DNA of 47,067 bases from Nitrospinota bacterium. GTDB taxonomy: Bacteria > UBA8248. Of the stretch, positions 27,585 through 37,843 are shown in pieces. Under the pieces are notes generated by a model that was given only the letters and a program-made list of their open reading frames with translations, had not been told where the DNA came from and did not search any database. Within the stretch, counting starts at the first letter, position 1, and each line of letters opens with the position of its first letter. The stretch spans positions 1 through 47,067 of the forward strand of contig JAYGFR010000338.1 of the NCBI GenBank assembly GCA_046581755.1, written 5' to 3'. The translations under genes were made by a program, and so were the position numbers.

Positions 27585-27983
27585 CTAGAGACCCTTTAAA
27601 AACAGTCTGCGGATGGAGTTGATATTCAGGTCGGCGACCGAGCGGCCCAATTCTTTTATGCCCTTGAAAACCATCAGCGTGGTCTGCCACCGGACCCTGT
27701 GCTTGTGGAGAAAAGTTTTGTCATCGTCGAAACTGACCCGGTAGGCCACCGCTTCGTCGAATTTTTTCTCCTTGATCAGGCTCTCCACGAGAGGCAACTG
27801 CCTCTGGCAGGTCGATCACCAGTCGGCGTGGACGAAGATGAGGATGGTCTTGCCCGCCTTCTGGGATCGGGCGAACGCATCGAGGCTGTATGGCTGCCAT
27901 TCGATGGCCCGGGCCGAAACCGGCATCAACAGGGCGGCGAGCAGCGCGGCGGCGGCCATTATTCGTGCCATTGGAATTCGCAT
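27585..27983 (-). CDS. Exported thioredoxin family selenoprotein, WUSTC (Sec56, TGA at 27816-27818)
   Basis: Signal peptide ending SARA, then IEWQPYS...GKTILIFVHADW-TGA-STCQRQLP, in frame with ORF 27585..27797 (QTTLMVFKG.KELGR). Confidence 0.9.
27785..27815 (-). promoter_or_regulatory. SECIS-like hairpin after the Sec codon
   Basis: AGAGGC-AGTT-GCCTCT at +11..+26. Confidence 0.7.
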
Positions 27984-28010
27984 ATGGTGTTTCTCGTTCC
28001 GGCGGCCTGG

Positions 28011-28760
28011 CTAGACGCCGCTCTTGAGAGCGGCGCGGATAAATTCGCGGTTCATCTTGGCGATGTGGCTGATGCTGATCTCCTTGGGGCAGACGGCCTC
28101 GCACTCGGCATGGTTGGTGCAGCTGCCGAATCCCTCCTCGTCCATCTGACTCACCATGGCCATGACCCGCATGGCGCGCTCGGGCGCCCCCTGGGGCAGG
28201 TGGGCGAGGTGGCTGATCTTCGCCGCCACGAAGAGCATAGCCGAGCCGTTCGGGCACGAGGCCGCGCAGGCGCCGCACCCGATGCAGGCGGCCGCATCCA
28301 TCGCCACGTCGGCGTCTTCCTTTGAAATGGGCAGGGCGTTGCCGTCAACCGCGGTCCCCGCATTGGCCGTGATGTAGCCCCCGGCCTGTATAATCCGGTC
28401 GAAGGCGGAGCGGTCCACGGTGAGGTCCTGGATAATCGGAAAGGGGGTGACGCGCCAGGGTTCGATCGTGATGGTTTCCCCGTCGCCGAAACGGCGCATG
28501 TGAAGCTGGCAGACGGTGCCCCCCGCGTCCGGGCCGTGGGAGATGCCGTTGATGGTGAGCGAGCACGTGCCGCAAATGCCCTCGCGGCAATCGCTGTCGA
28601 ACGAGACGGGTTCTTCGCCTTTTTCGATGAGGGATTCGTTCAGAACGTCCAGCATCTCTAAGAACGACATATCCGAATCGACGCCGGTCACCTGGTAGGT
28701 CTCGAACCTGCCATTTCCCCGGGCATGAGCCTGTTTCCATATGCGCAAGGTCAGGTTCAT
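28011..28760 (-). CDS. sdhB: Succinate dehydrogenase/fumarate reductase Fe-S subunit
   Basis: [34 protein letters not shown]. Confidence 0.96.
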   Translation of the reverse strand: MNLTLRIWKQAHARGNGRFETYQVTGVDSDMSFLEMLDVLNESLIEKGEEPVSFDSDCREGICGTCSLTINGISHGPDAGGTVCQLHMRRFGDGETITIEPWRVTPFPIIQDLTVDRSAFDRIIQAGGYITANAGTAVDGNALPISKEDADVAMDAAACIGCGACAASCPNGSAMLFVAAKISHLAHLPQGAPERAMRVMAMVSQMDEEGFGSCTNHAECEAVCPKEISISHIAKMNREFIRAALKSGV

Positions 28761-30667
28761 TACTTATAACTCCTCACGGCCAGGTGGACTTCCTCGAATT
28801 CGAGTTCCTCTTTATGGAGAATCGGCGTTTCGCCGGTGTACTCCCAGGCGCTGACGAACGAGAAATTTTCATCGTCGCGCACGGCCTCGCCCTCTTCGGT
28901 CTGATGCTCCTCGCGGAAATGGCCGCCGCAGGATTCCTCCCGCGTGAGCGCGTCGTTGACCAGGAGTTCGCCGAACTCGAGGAAGTCGGCGACATGGCCC
29001 GCCTTTTCGAGTTCGCGGTTCATATCGTCCCCGCTTCCGGGGACGTTGACGTTCTCCCAAAACTCCTCGCGCAGGGCGGGGATCATCTCGAGGGCCGATC
29101 GGAGCCCCTCGGCGTTGCGCGCCATCCCGCATTTGTCCCACATCAAAAGGCCGAGTTCGCGGTGGAACGAGCTTGCACTCCGCCGTCCCTTGATCGAGAG
29201 CAGCTTCCGGATTCGGTCACTCGCCTCCACCCGGGATTTCTTGAGCTCCGCGTGATCGGCCGATACGGCGCCCGCCTCGGTTCCGGCCAGGTATTCGGCG
29301 ATGGTGTAGGGGATGATGAAGTACCCGTCGGCCAGCCCTTGCATGAGGGCGCTGGCGCCGAGGCGGTTCGCGCCGTGATCCGAGAAGTTGGCCTCCCCCA
29401 GTACGAAGAGGCCGGGAACGTTGCTCATGAGGTCGTAGTCCACCCACAGGCCGCCCATCGTATAGTGGATGGCCGGATAAATCCGCATGGGAACCTTGTA
29501 GGCGTTCTCGCCCGTGATGCGCTCGTACATATCGAAAAGGTTGCCGTAGCGCTGGCGAATGACGTCCACGCCCAGCCGCTCGATCGCATCCGCGAAATCG
29601 AGATAGACGCCCAGGCCGCTGGAGCCCACCCCCCGGCCCTCGTCGCAGGCGTATTTGGCCTGGCGCGAGGAGATATCGCGCGGGGCCAGGTTGCCGAAGC
29701 TCGGGTAAATCCGCTCGAGGTAGTAGTCGCGCTCGTTGGCCGGAATCTCGCCGGGCGGGCGCTTTTCGCCCGCCTTCTTGGGAGCCCAGATGCGCCCGTC
29801 GTTCCGCAGGGACTCGGACATGAGGGTCAGCTTCGATTGATGCTCGCCGCTGACGGGGATGCAGGTGGGATGAATCTGGGTGTAGCACGGGTTAGCGAAC
29901 AGGGCTCCCTTTTTATGGGCCCGGAACGCCGCGGTGACGTTGTTCCCCATCGCGTTGGTGGAAAGATAAAAGACCGGCCCGTAGCCGCCCGTGGCCAGGA
30001 TCACCGCATCCGCCGCCCAGGTTTCGATCTCCCCGGTGAACAGGTCGCGGGTGACGATCCCCTTCGCCTCCCCATCGACGAGGACCAAATCGAGCATCTC
30101 GGTGCGTGTATGCATCCTGACCTGGCCCGCATCAATCTGGCGGCTCAGCGCGGAATAGACGCCCAGCAAAAGCTGTTGGCCCGTCTGGCCGCGCGCATAG
30201 AAGGTGCGCGAGACCTGCGCTCCGCCGAACGAGCGGTTAGACAGGACGCCGCCGTACTCGCGGGCGAAGGGAATGCCCATGGCGACGCACTGATCGATGA
30301 TCGACGAGCTCACCTCGGCTAGGCGGTAGACGTTGGCCTCGCGGGAGCGGAAGTCGCCGCCCTTGATGGTGTCGTAGAAGAGGCGGTAAACGCTGTCGCC
30401 GTCGTTCTGGTAGTTCTTGGCGGCGTTGATGCCGCCCTGGGCGGCGATGCTGTGGGCGCGGCGGGGGCTGTCCTGGAAACAAAAACATTCCACGTTGTAG
30501 CCCAACTCGCCCAGCGAGGCCGCCGCGCCGCCGCCGGCGAGGCCCGAACCCACAACGATGATCTTGTACTTGCGCTTGTTGGAGGGATTGACCAGCTTTC
30601 CCTCGAACTTGCGTTTTTCCCATTTTTCGGCCAAGGGCCCCGAGGGAATTTTCGCGTCCAATTTCAT
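28760..30667 (-). CDS. sdhA: Succinate dehydrogenase/fumarate reductase flavoprotein
   Basis: [37 protein letters not shown]. Confidence 0.97.
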   Translation of the reverse strand: MKLDAKIPSGPLAEKWEKRKFEGKLVNPSNKRKYKIIVVGSGLAGGGAAASLGELGYNVECFCFQDSPRRAHSIAAQGGINAAKNYQNDGDSVYRLFYDTIKGGDFRSREANVYRLAEVSSSIIDQCVAMGIPFAREYGGVLSNRSFGGAQVSRTFYARGQTGQQLLLGVYSALSRQIDAGQVRMHTRTEMLDLVLVDGEAKGIVTRDLFTGEIETWAADAVILATGGYGPVFYLSTNAMGNNVTAAFRAHKKGALFANPCYTQIHPTCIPVSGEHQSKLTLMSESLRNDGRIWAPKKAGEKRPPGEIPANERDYYLERIYPSFGNLAPRDISSRQAKYACDEGRGVGSSGLGVYLDFADAIERLGVDVIRQRYGNLFDMYERITGENAYKVPMRIYPAIHYTMGGLWVDYDLMSNVPGLFVLGEANFSDHGANRLGASALMQGLADGYFIIPYTIAEYLAGTEAGAVSADHAELKKSRVEASDRIRKLLSIKGRRSASSFHRELGLLMWDKCGMARNAEGLRSALEMIPALREEFWENVNVPGSGDDMNRELEKAGHVADFLEFGELLVNDALTREESCGGHFREEHQTEEGEAVRDDENFSFVSAWEYTGETPILHKEELEFEEVHLAVRSYK

Positions 30668-30686
30668 CTGGTGCGCCTCCTCGGGG

Positions 30687-31364
30687 TCAGTGAATCCTGC
30701 CGGCCAGAACGGCCAGGGGAATCGATGCGAAGCCGATGAAAATCACAATAGCCACCGCGGGACCCAGCTTGCCCGCGAAGGGCCTGAACTTGGAACCGTG
30801 GAGGCCGAGCGTCTGGAAGAAACTGGTGAGGCCGTGGCTCAGATGCAAGGCCAGCAAAATCATGGCGGCGATATAGCTCACGGCGACGATCCGGTTCGAG
30901 AAGCCCTGAACCACCATGGCGTAAATGTCCGGGCGGTTCTTCGCATCGATCAGTTTAAAATATTCCGGGTTCGTCACGCCCAGCGTGAAATGAAGCAGAT
31001 GATATATCACAAAGGCGAGCACGATGAGGCCGCTCACAAGGATAGTGCGCGAGGCGTAGGTCGCCGCCAGGAAGTTCGAGACCGCGTAGGCGTCCGGGCG
31101 GGCCGCCCGGTTCATCCGGTTGACTCGGAGGGCCGAGGCGATATGGACGGCGAACACGATGAGAATACCCAGCCGCGCACCCCAGAGAAGCATGCCCTTT
31201 TCCTTGAGCCATGCGGCGTAGGTGTTCATGGCGTCGGGACCCGCGAACATCAACAGATTGCCCGCCAGGTGGCCGATCACGAATCCGAACAAAAGCGCTC
31301 CCGTGACGGCCATCACCAACTTGGCGCCGATGGAGGACAAATACCACTGGCCGAAGTTTTTCAT
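30687..31364 (-). CDS. sdhC: Succinate dehydrogenase cytochrome b subunit
   Basis: [18 protein letters not shown], conserved His residues, HLSHG..S.FQTLG; hydrophobic. Confidence 0.93.
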   Translation of the reverse strand: MKNFGQWYLSSIGAKLVMAVTGALLFGFVIGHLAGNLLMFAGPDAMNTYAAWLKEKGMLLWGARLGILIVFAVHIASALRVNRMNRAARPDAYAVSNFLAATYASRTILVSGLIVLAFVIYHLLHFTLGVTNPEYFKLIDAKNRPDIYAMVVQGFSNRIVAVSYIAAMILLALHLSHGLTSFFQTLGLHGSKFRPFAGKLGPAVAIVIFIGFASIPLAVLAGRIH

Positions 31365-31472
31365 TCCGCCGGTTTCCGTTTCTGGGGCTCGTTTATGCAA
31401 AATTAGAAAAAAAAAGGACCCGTGCAAATGTAAATGGTATTGTAGCTGGAGGTCAACCGAACCCGGGAGCCA

Positions 31473-31532
31473 GTGCGATTCGTGGTGCGATTCCCGGCGG
31501 GGATCGCGGCAGGGTTCACGGCGCGATTCGCT
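31473..31532 (+). repeat. Five degenerate 12-bp tandem units upstream of sdhC
   Basis: gtgcgattcgtg gtgcgattcccg gcggggatcgcg gcagggttcacg gcgcgattcgct. Confidence 0.55.
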
Positions 31533-31553
31533 TGCAATCCGGACCTTGCGGGA

Positions 31554-32507
31554 TTAATTCGCCCCGGCCCGGGCCGGAGCGGAGGGGGCGAGATTCAGGC
31601 GCCAGTCGTATTCGTAATCCTCGATTTCCGATGTCCGACCGAGCCGCTCGGCCAGCGCGGGCGAAGCGTATTTTTTCAGATGACGGATGACGCCCGCATC
31701 CGTCCCCCCGAAATCCACCCGGTACCAATCGTATATGCTCGACACGATGAGTCCCTCCGTGCTGAACAGCCCCGAGGCGCCAAAGCGCGCCCCGCGCGGG
31801 TGGTTGATGTAGGCCCGCGCCGCCTTATTCAGTTGGGCATCGTAGCGCGCGGCCGCATAGGGTGCGGCGTCGAGATTCGGGCAGCCGATCGAGGCGCAAT
31901 TCACCGCGTAGTGGATCCTCGGGTCCCGCCAGATGGGGCGCAGGATGCGGTGCTCGATATCGTTCAGGCTGATCTTCTCACCCTCGACGGCGAGAAGTTT
32001 TTTGTCCCAGGGGCCGAAGGAGAACCAGCCCGGCGAGATACTGATATCGAGAATCGATTCGGTGGGGAAATGCTCGAGGACGGCCTTCACCGTAAGCGCG
32101 TTGTAAAGATTCACCCAGTAGGCGAATTGCTCGGCGCGGCGGAGGCGGCTCACCGGAGCGGTGGCCAGGCGATCGATATAGGCCCAAAGGCGGCGGCGGT
32201 CCCACTCCTTCACGGCCCCGTAAATCAGGCGGTTGACGCCGTCCGGTCTTTTGAGGATGAATTTTTCTAAAAACGCCGCCCAGGCGGAGTGATCGATCTC
32301 GATGGTCGAGCGCGGATCGTGCGCCTGCCAGCGGGGCCAGAGGTCGGCCTTGGGCGCGGCGGCATGGGCGGAAAAAGCGCCGGCATGAAGGACCGCCGCC
32401 AGGGCCAGCGCGGCCACCGCCACTACCACCACCACTGGGCGGAGCAAGACCCGCCTTCCCGCCTCGGTTCGAATTTTCAGAGATGAAACCCGCATAACGA
32501 AAACCAT
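31554..32507 (-). CDS. DUF547 domain exported protein
   Basis: QFAYWVNLYNALT, SLNDIEHRILR, DPRIHYAVNCASIGCP, YDWRLN; start uncertain. Confidence 0.9.
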   Translation of the reverse strand: MVFVMRVSSLKIRTEAGRRVLLRPVVVVVAVAALALAAVLHAGAFSAHAAAPKADLWPRWQAHDPRSTIEIDHSAWAAFLEKFILKRPDGVNRLIYGAVKEWDRRRLWAYIDRLATAPVSRLRRAEQFAYWVNLYNALTVKAVLEHFPTESILDISISPGWFSFGPWDKKLLAVEGEKISLNDIEHRILRPIWRDPRIHYAVNCASIGCPNLDAAPYAAARYDAQLNKAARAYINHPRGARFGASGLFSTEGLIVSSIYDWYRVDFGGTDAGVIRHLKKYASPALAERLGRTSEIEDYEYDWRLNLAPSAPARAGAN

Positions 32508-32995
32508 CTCTTTTATAAAACCATCCCTTTTCATACCTCTTTTAATATAATCGCCGCCCCCCTCCCGAAATTCCCGCCGGCGGTGGCCAACCATCCTCTC
32601 ACAATTCGTCCCGGCGCCGGATTTTGTCCTTACAGGAAAAAAAAGCGATATAATTTTTTATCAACCCGAACGACTTCTCGTAATTCAGCACAAACCCCCC
32701 GGCCTTCTCCGGTATCACGGCAAACACCAGAGCAACCGGAACGGTGACGACAAACAATACCTTTTTAATGACCCCCGGCTCTTTGCGGTTGAATTTGTCA
32801 ATCGTATCTTTATCCGGTCATAATGTTTGCTGGGAACTTTGGTCGAAAATCGACTTTCAAATTTGACCCAGGACATGCGAGACTCTCCCTCCCCGTTGAT
32901 AGCCCCCGTTGATGGCCCACCGGCTTACGACCCATCCATCATCATGTAATGACTCAATAACATGGTCATCCCCCCGGCGATAATGCCGCCGCTTG

Positions 32996-33409
32996 TTATT
33001 TCGCGCCCAGGGCCTTGACCGCCCGGGCGTAGTCCTTGGCCTTCACCCAGAAAATCGCGCCGTAACGCCCTTTTCCCGCCGCGAGGCCGGTGACGGCGGT
33101 GACGTTGATGCCCTCGGCGGCCACTTTGTCGAGCACCGAGACGAGGCCCCCGGCGCGGTCGCTTCCTTCGGCGAGGAAGGCTTTTTTCTTTTGGCTCAGC
33201 CGCATGCCCGCCTTCTGGGCGACGCGCAGGAATTTCCGGCCGTCCTTGGGAACCAGATCCACCTGCATCCCCTTCCCGGCGGGAAAAGCGTGGACCGCCG
33301 CGAAGCTCACGCGCTCTTTCTTGAAAACGGAGAGAATTTTCCCGCCCGCTCCCGGCTTGTCGGGGGTTCTGAGGACGTAATAATCCACCTGCCGGACCTG
33401 ATCCGCCAT
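32996..33409 (-). CDS. Tandem ACT domain protein
   Basis: PDKPGAG...GSDRAGGLVSVLDKVAAEGINV; AAGGAG RBS. Confidence 0.85.
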   Translation of the reverse strand: MADQVRQVDYYVLRTPDKPGAGGKILSVFKKERVSFAAVHAFPAGKGMQVDLVPKDGRKFLRVAQKAGMRLSQKKKAFLAEGSDRAGGLVSVLDKVAAEGINVTAVTGLAAGKGRYGAIFWVKAKDYARAVKALGAK

Positions 33410-33585
33410 GATCGTTCTCCTTTTCGGAAACGGCCGCCCCGGAGGCGGCGCCGAATACCCGGCTCAATCGAATGAAGGTAACTTCGGTTAATGTAACCCC
33501 CGGAGGCGGGCTCGCCAACAAAAATTTAGAGACGGCGGGGACTGCGGCAAAAATTTGGCGGCAAAATTCAGAAGTGCGGCGGACC

Positions 33586-34359
33586 TCAAACCAGGCGGAT
33601 GTAGGCGCTGGACACCCAGCCCTCGAGGCCGTCCCCCCCGGTGACCCGGACGCGGCTCCACCCGCCCCGCTCTTCGAGGAGCCGCAGGCGCGCGCCGCGT
33701 GGGAGCGGTGCGTCGGCCAGGGGGAAGCGGGTGCCGGGCCCTATCCGGATGTTGAGGGCCGGAGGCGCGACCTCGCGGAATTTTTCGATCGGAAAGGCAG
33801 GATCAATCTCCGCCGCCCGGTCCAGAATGGCCGCGCGGATTTTTTCGAGCGGAAAGGCGGGACCGGGATCGGATTTTCTTCCCGGCGAGATGTCCTCGTG
33901 CCCCAGAATGTCCGCGAGCTCGTAGGCCGCGGCGAGACAGCGGGCGAGGTCGAGGGCCCGTTCGAGCTGGAGGGCGGTGTAGGCGTGCCAGTAAGCGGGC
34001 GCGTCCTCGTGCTTATGGCGCGCGCGGAGGGCCTCGCCGTCCGGGACCGTGGCCCCGTACCAGGTCCGCAATGCCCCACCCGATCGGACGAGGCGCCCCG
34101 CGTTGGCGATTTCGACCCCGATAGAGCAGCCGTTGAGGCCCGAATGCCCGGCCCAGCGGCTTTGGCCGGCGTGCCAGGTTTCGACGTTGAACGGGGCGAG
34201 CTGCACAATTTGGCCACCCCCCGGCCCAGGACGATGTGGGCCGAGGCCCTGGCCGCCGGGCCGCAGAGCCAGCGCACGGCGCTCTCGGCCGAGGCAGAGG
34301 CGGTATAGTGGAAGATGAGGTAGCGCGGCGCCCTCGATAAGATGATCGCGCACGTTCAT
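33586..34359 (-). pseudogene. N-acetylmuramoyl-L-alanine amidase (Amidase_2) plus SH3, with compensating frameshifts
   Basis: TWHAG, SIGVEIAN, GHEDISPGRKSDPG and SH3 are in the main frame; PRYLIFHYTA...ASAHIVLGR (about 34220-34330) is in a shifted frame. Confidence 0.8.
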
Positions 34360-34573
34360 GGGCGGTCCTCCAAAGGCCATGGGCGCAAACGGCGCCCGGC
34401 GGAGAAACCCTATCCCGCCCTCCCGGCGGGCCAGCGGCCGGAAATGCGGGGAGGATCGCACACGCCGCCGCTCCTCCTCCTTCTCGCGCGGTTGACCTGA
34501 CCGCCCGGGTGGGTGAGCATTCCGGTGCGCTTCTATTCAAATTATTCGCTCAATCGCTTGGAGAAAATCGGCC

Positions 34574-35704
34574 ATGACGCCCCCCTACGACTCTGAAAAA
34601 CTCGACCGGCTGATGGATGCGGCCGGGGTGGACCTGATACTGACCAACTCGCAACACAACGCCCGCTACCTGACGGGCGGGTATTTTTATCACTTTCACG
34701 AGCGCTTCGATGCCATGGGCATTGGCCGCTACATGGCCCTGATCGGAGTGCCCAAGGGCGGGCCTGAGCGCGCCTTCCTCGTCGGCGAGAGCAGGGAAAT
34801 CGGCCAATCGAAGGATCAGAATCTGTGGATCCCCGAGTTGATTCCCTCCGAGCGCCTTCCCGCCGCCGCCGCGCGGGATGCCGCCCGGGCCATCCGGGCG
34901 CGCGGGCTCGAGGGAGGCACCATCGCTGTCGAGATGGATTTCCTCCCGGCGAGCTCGATGGATGCCCTCTCGAAAGAGCTGCCCGCCGCCCGCTTCACCG
35001 AGGCGCGCGGCATCATGGAGGAGCTTCGGGCCGTCAAGACCCCCGCCGAACTCGACATTTTCCGCCGGATCACCCAGGACGACGCCGAGATCATCGGAGA
35101 GGTGTTCACCTCGGCCGCCCCCGGCGCGACGACGCGCGATGTCGCGCGCGGCATCGAGGAGGGCATGACCGTCCGGGGGATTCATTTTCTGTGGGTGTTC
35201 ACCTGCGCGGGCAGCGCCATGCTGCGCTCCCCCTCGGAGAAGGTCTGGGAGCCGGGCGAGGTGCTTCACATCGACGCGGGAGGCTCCTTCGAGGGCTACC
35301 TCACCGACGTCTGCCGGATGGGGGTGCGCGGCGAGCCGTCCCGCCTGGCCGATGCGCTTTTCCAGGCCTGCCTCGCCACCCAGGACAAGGTCCGCAAGGA
35401 GATCCGCGCCGGGGCCGTTTGCGGCGAAATCTACGAATCGGGCTTCCGGCATCTGGCCGACACCGGACAGGGCGAGTACGGCATGTTCATCATCCACGGC
35501 GTCGGGCTAGTCTCCCACGAGCTTCCCCGCTTCGGGAAGGGAGTGGAGACCAAACTCGAGGAAGGAATGGTCGTCTCCATCGAGACCGACATCCGCCACC
35601 CCGAGGTGGGCTACGTGAAGATCGAGGACACCGTAGCGGTGACGGCGGATGGATGCGAGGGCCTGGGCGATCTCGGGCGGGACGCCTGGTACGCCGCGGA
35701 ATAA
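34574..35704 (+). CDS. M24 (Xaa-Pro peptidase-like) family protein
   Basis: RAVKTPAE, IDAGG..EGYLTD, HGVGL..HE, GMVVSIET, KIEDTV. Confidence 0.9.
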   Translation: MTPPYDSEKLDRLMDAAGVDLILTNSQHNARYLTGGYFYHFHERFDAMGIGRYMALIGVPKGGPERAFLVGESREIGQSKDQNLWIPELIPSERLPAAAARDAARAIRARGLEGGTIAVEMDFLPASSMDALSKELPAARFTEARGIMEELRAVKTPAELDIFRRITQDDAEIIGEVFTSAAPGATTRDVARGIEEGMTVRGIHFLWVFTCAGSAMLRSPSEKVWEPGEVLHIDAGGSFEGYLTDVCRMGVRGEPSRLADALFQACLATQDKVRKEIRAGAVCGEIYESGFRHLADTGQGEYGMFIIHGVGLVSHELPRFGKGVETKLEEGMVVSIETDIRHPEVGYVKIEDTVAVTADGCEGLGDLGRDAWYAAE

Positions 35705-35713
35705 CCGGGAACC

Positions 35714-35878
35714 CGCCGCGCCCTGCTGGTGTTCGAGGACAAGTCACTCCGGTTCGTCCTCTTGCGCCCAGTCGGAACGATTCTGATCCTGGTCGTCCTC
35801 TACACGTTCTACGACGGGATATTCAAGCGGGCGAAAGAGCGGAAAACCCAATCCGAGGGATCGCCCCAGACCGCTTAA
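35714..35878 (+). pseudogene. C-terminal remnant resembling tripartite tricarboxylate transporter TctA
   Basis: RRALLVFEDKSLRFVLLRPVGTILILVVLYTFY...TAA with no start; matches the RRAL...RP + TM tail pattern. Confidence 0.5.
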
Positions 35879-36000
35879 CGCTCGGGCGGCGGATACGCGT
35901 TTTTTGAAACAACGGTTCGGCGATTATCATTTTGATGATGTTCCAATGGATGCGGTGGACGCAGAAAACTCATGGCAAACCCGGGCGAGGAGATAAACGC

Positions 36001-37140
36001 ATGAAGCGCAGCACGGAGAGAATTCTCACCACCCACACGGGCAGCCTCCCGCGCCCGCCCGAGGTGGTCGACCTGCTGGTGGCCGAGGAAGAGGATCGCG
36101 GCGCGCGGGCCGCCGAGCTCGAAACCGCGGTCACCGCCGCCATAGACAATGTGGTGGAAAAACAGGTGGCGGCCGGAATCGACATCGTCAACGACGGCGA
36201 GCAGGGCCGGCCCGACTACACCTCCCACGTCAAAGACAGGCTGACCGGCTACGACGGACCCAGTGCGCCACCGCTGGGCACCGGCGAGGAAGGCTTTCCC
36301 GAGCTCTCGGAGATGCTCGCGCGCTTCGCCTCGCCGCTCCAGAACCGTCCGGCCTGCTCCGGCCCGGTCGCCTGGAAGGACTGGCCGGCCGCCGAAGCCG
36401 ACATCGCGCGGGCGAAGAGCGTGCTGACCGGCGCCGGCACCGAGGAAGCGTTCATGACCTCCCCCTCGCCGGGCCAAATCGCGCGTTACCTGACGAACCT
36501 CCATTATCCCACCGAGGAGGGATATATCTTCGCGCTGGCCGATGTGATGCGCCGCGAATACGAGACGATCGTCGAGGCGGGCCTGATCCTGCAACTCGAC
36601 TGCCCCGACCTGGCGCTGAGCCGCCACACCGTGTTCCGGCACCTGAGCCTGGCCGACTTCCGCAAGGAAATCGAGATGCACGTGGAAGCGCTCAACCACG
36701 CCGTCCAGGGCATTTCACCCGACCGCATGCGCATGCACATCTGTTGGGCCAGCACGATGGGGCCGCACACCGAGGACGTTCCGCTCAAGGATATCGTCGA
36801 TATCGTGCTCAAGGGGCGCCCGGGCGCCGTGTCGTTCCCCGGCTCCAATCCGCGCCACGAGCACGAGTGGAAGGTTTGGCGCGACGTCGATCTGCCCGAG
36901 GGCAAGATCATCATTCCCGGCGTGATCGACTCGACCTCGAACTTCGTCGAACACCCCGAACTGATCGCCGACCGCATCGCCAACTACGCCAACATCGTGG
37001 GCCGCGAAAATGTGATCGCCGGCGTCGATTGCGGCTTCGGCACCTTCGCCGGCCGGGTCCAGGTGGACCGCAATATCGTTTGGTTGAAACTGGCCTCGCT
37101 GGCCGAGGGCGCCGCGCAGGCCTCGGAGCAGCTTTGGTAA
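36001..37140 (+). CDS. Cobalamin-independent methionine synthase II family protein
   Basis: ILTTHTGSLPRP, DGE, QLDCPDL, HICW, DCGFGT; GAGGAG RBS. Confidence 0.93.
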   Translation: MKRSTERILTTHTGSLPRPPEVVDLLVAEEEDRGARAAELETAVTAAIDNVVEKQVAAGIDIVNDGEQGRPDYTSHVKDRLTGYDGPSAPPLGTGEEGFPELSEMLARFASPLQNRPACSGPVAWKDWPAAEADIARAKSVLTGAGTEEAFMTSPSPGQIARYLTNLHYPTEEGYIFALADVMRREYETIVEAGLILQLDCPDLALSRHTVFRHLSLADFRKEIEMHVEALNHAVQGISPDRMRMHICWASTMGPHTEDVPLKDIVDIVLKGRPGAVSFPGSNPRHEHEWKVWRDVDLPEGKIIIPGVIDSTSNFVEHPELIADRIANYANIVGRENVIAGVDCGFGTFAGRVQVDRNIVWLKLASLAEGAAQASEQLW

Positions 37141-37395
37141 GCGGCGGCGCGAGGGGCGTGGACCACGGCCGATGCCGCGACCGGGCCGATGCGGGACAAC
37201 AAATTCGATACCTTCCCGCGGGGGCTTCCCGCCAGAAAATTCTTCCGAATCGCCAGGTCCTTTTTTTACAGAGTGTTGGGATGCGGCGACGACGCTTTTT
37301 TAATCCGTTTTGCCGCGAAATCCCGCCTCAAATGTTTCCCGTATGCTAATCTGGACTTTGAAAGTGGGCCGATATGAAACGGGAAACGAGCTGGC

Positions 37396-37596
37396 ATGAG
37401 TAACGAAAAACAAGAACAGTGCAAAAAATGCAACGGTTCCGGATGGATTCAATCCGGGACAAGACAAGAAAACGGGGTTGAGGTTCCCGTTTCGATTCCA
37501 TGCGATTGCCAAAAAAAGGGGCCGGACTCCGCCGATAAAACATCGGATTTTATCGGAAGAGTTGTTTTGGATTCGCCCCAACAATTCAGAAATTGA
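37396..37596 (+). CDS. Small putative zinc-ribbon protein
   Basis: CKKCNGSGW...IPCDC; lower GC than neighbours. Confidence 0.55.
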   Translation: MSNEKQEQCKKCNGSGWIQSGTRQENGVEVPVSIPCDCQKKGPDSADKTSDFIGRVVLDSPQQFRN

Positions 37597-37843
37597 AGGT
37601 CCCCCCCCCGCTCCCTGCGTTCCAAATTTTTATCCCAGGCTTCCCCCCTCTATCCGGAAAATCATCCCGATTCCGATCCCTCCGCCGATGGTTGTGATGC
37701 GGCGAAGCGCCCCCGGCCCGGAAAAGAACCGTGGCCCGGAATGGCCATTTGAGGCTAAAATGTTTCTACTCAAGGGACCCTATGAAAAATGCCGGCCTGA
37801 GGAGAAACCTACCTTCCGGGCCAAAATTTTCAAGGGGCGGTAA

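Noticed and set aside
12335..31532. CRISPR array from the short repeats
   Set aside because: Units are 9-12 bp, contiguous, without spacers, and no cas genes are present.
32655..32700. GGLC-TGA on the minus strand as a C-terminal Cys-Sec motif
   Set aside because: Lies in a degenerate ORF next to a G run, where a frameshift explains it equally well; no clear SECIS seen.
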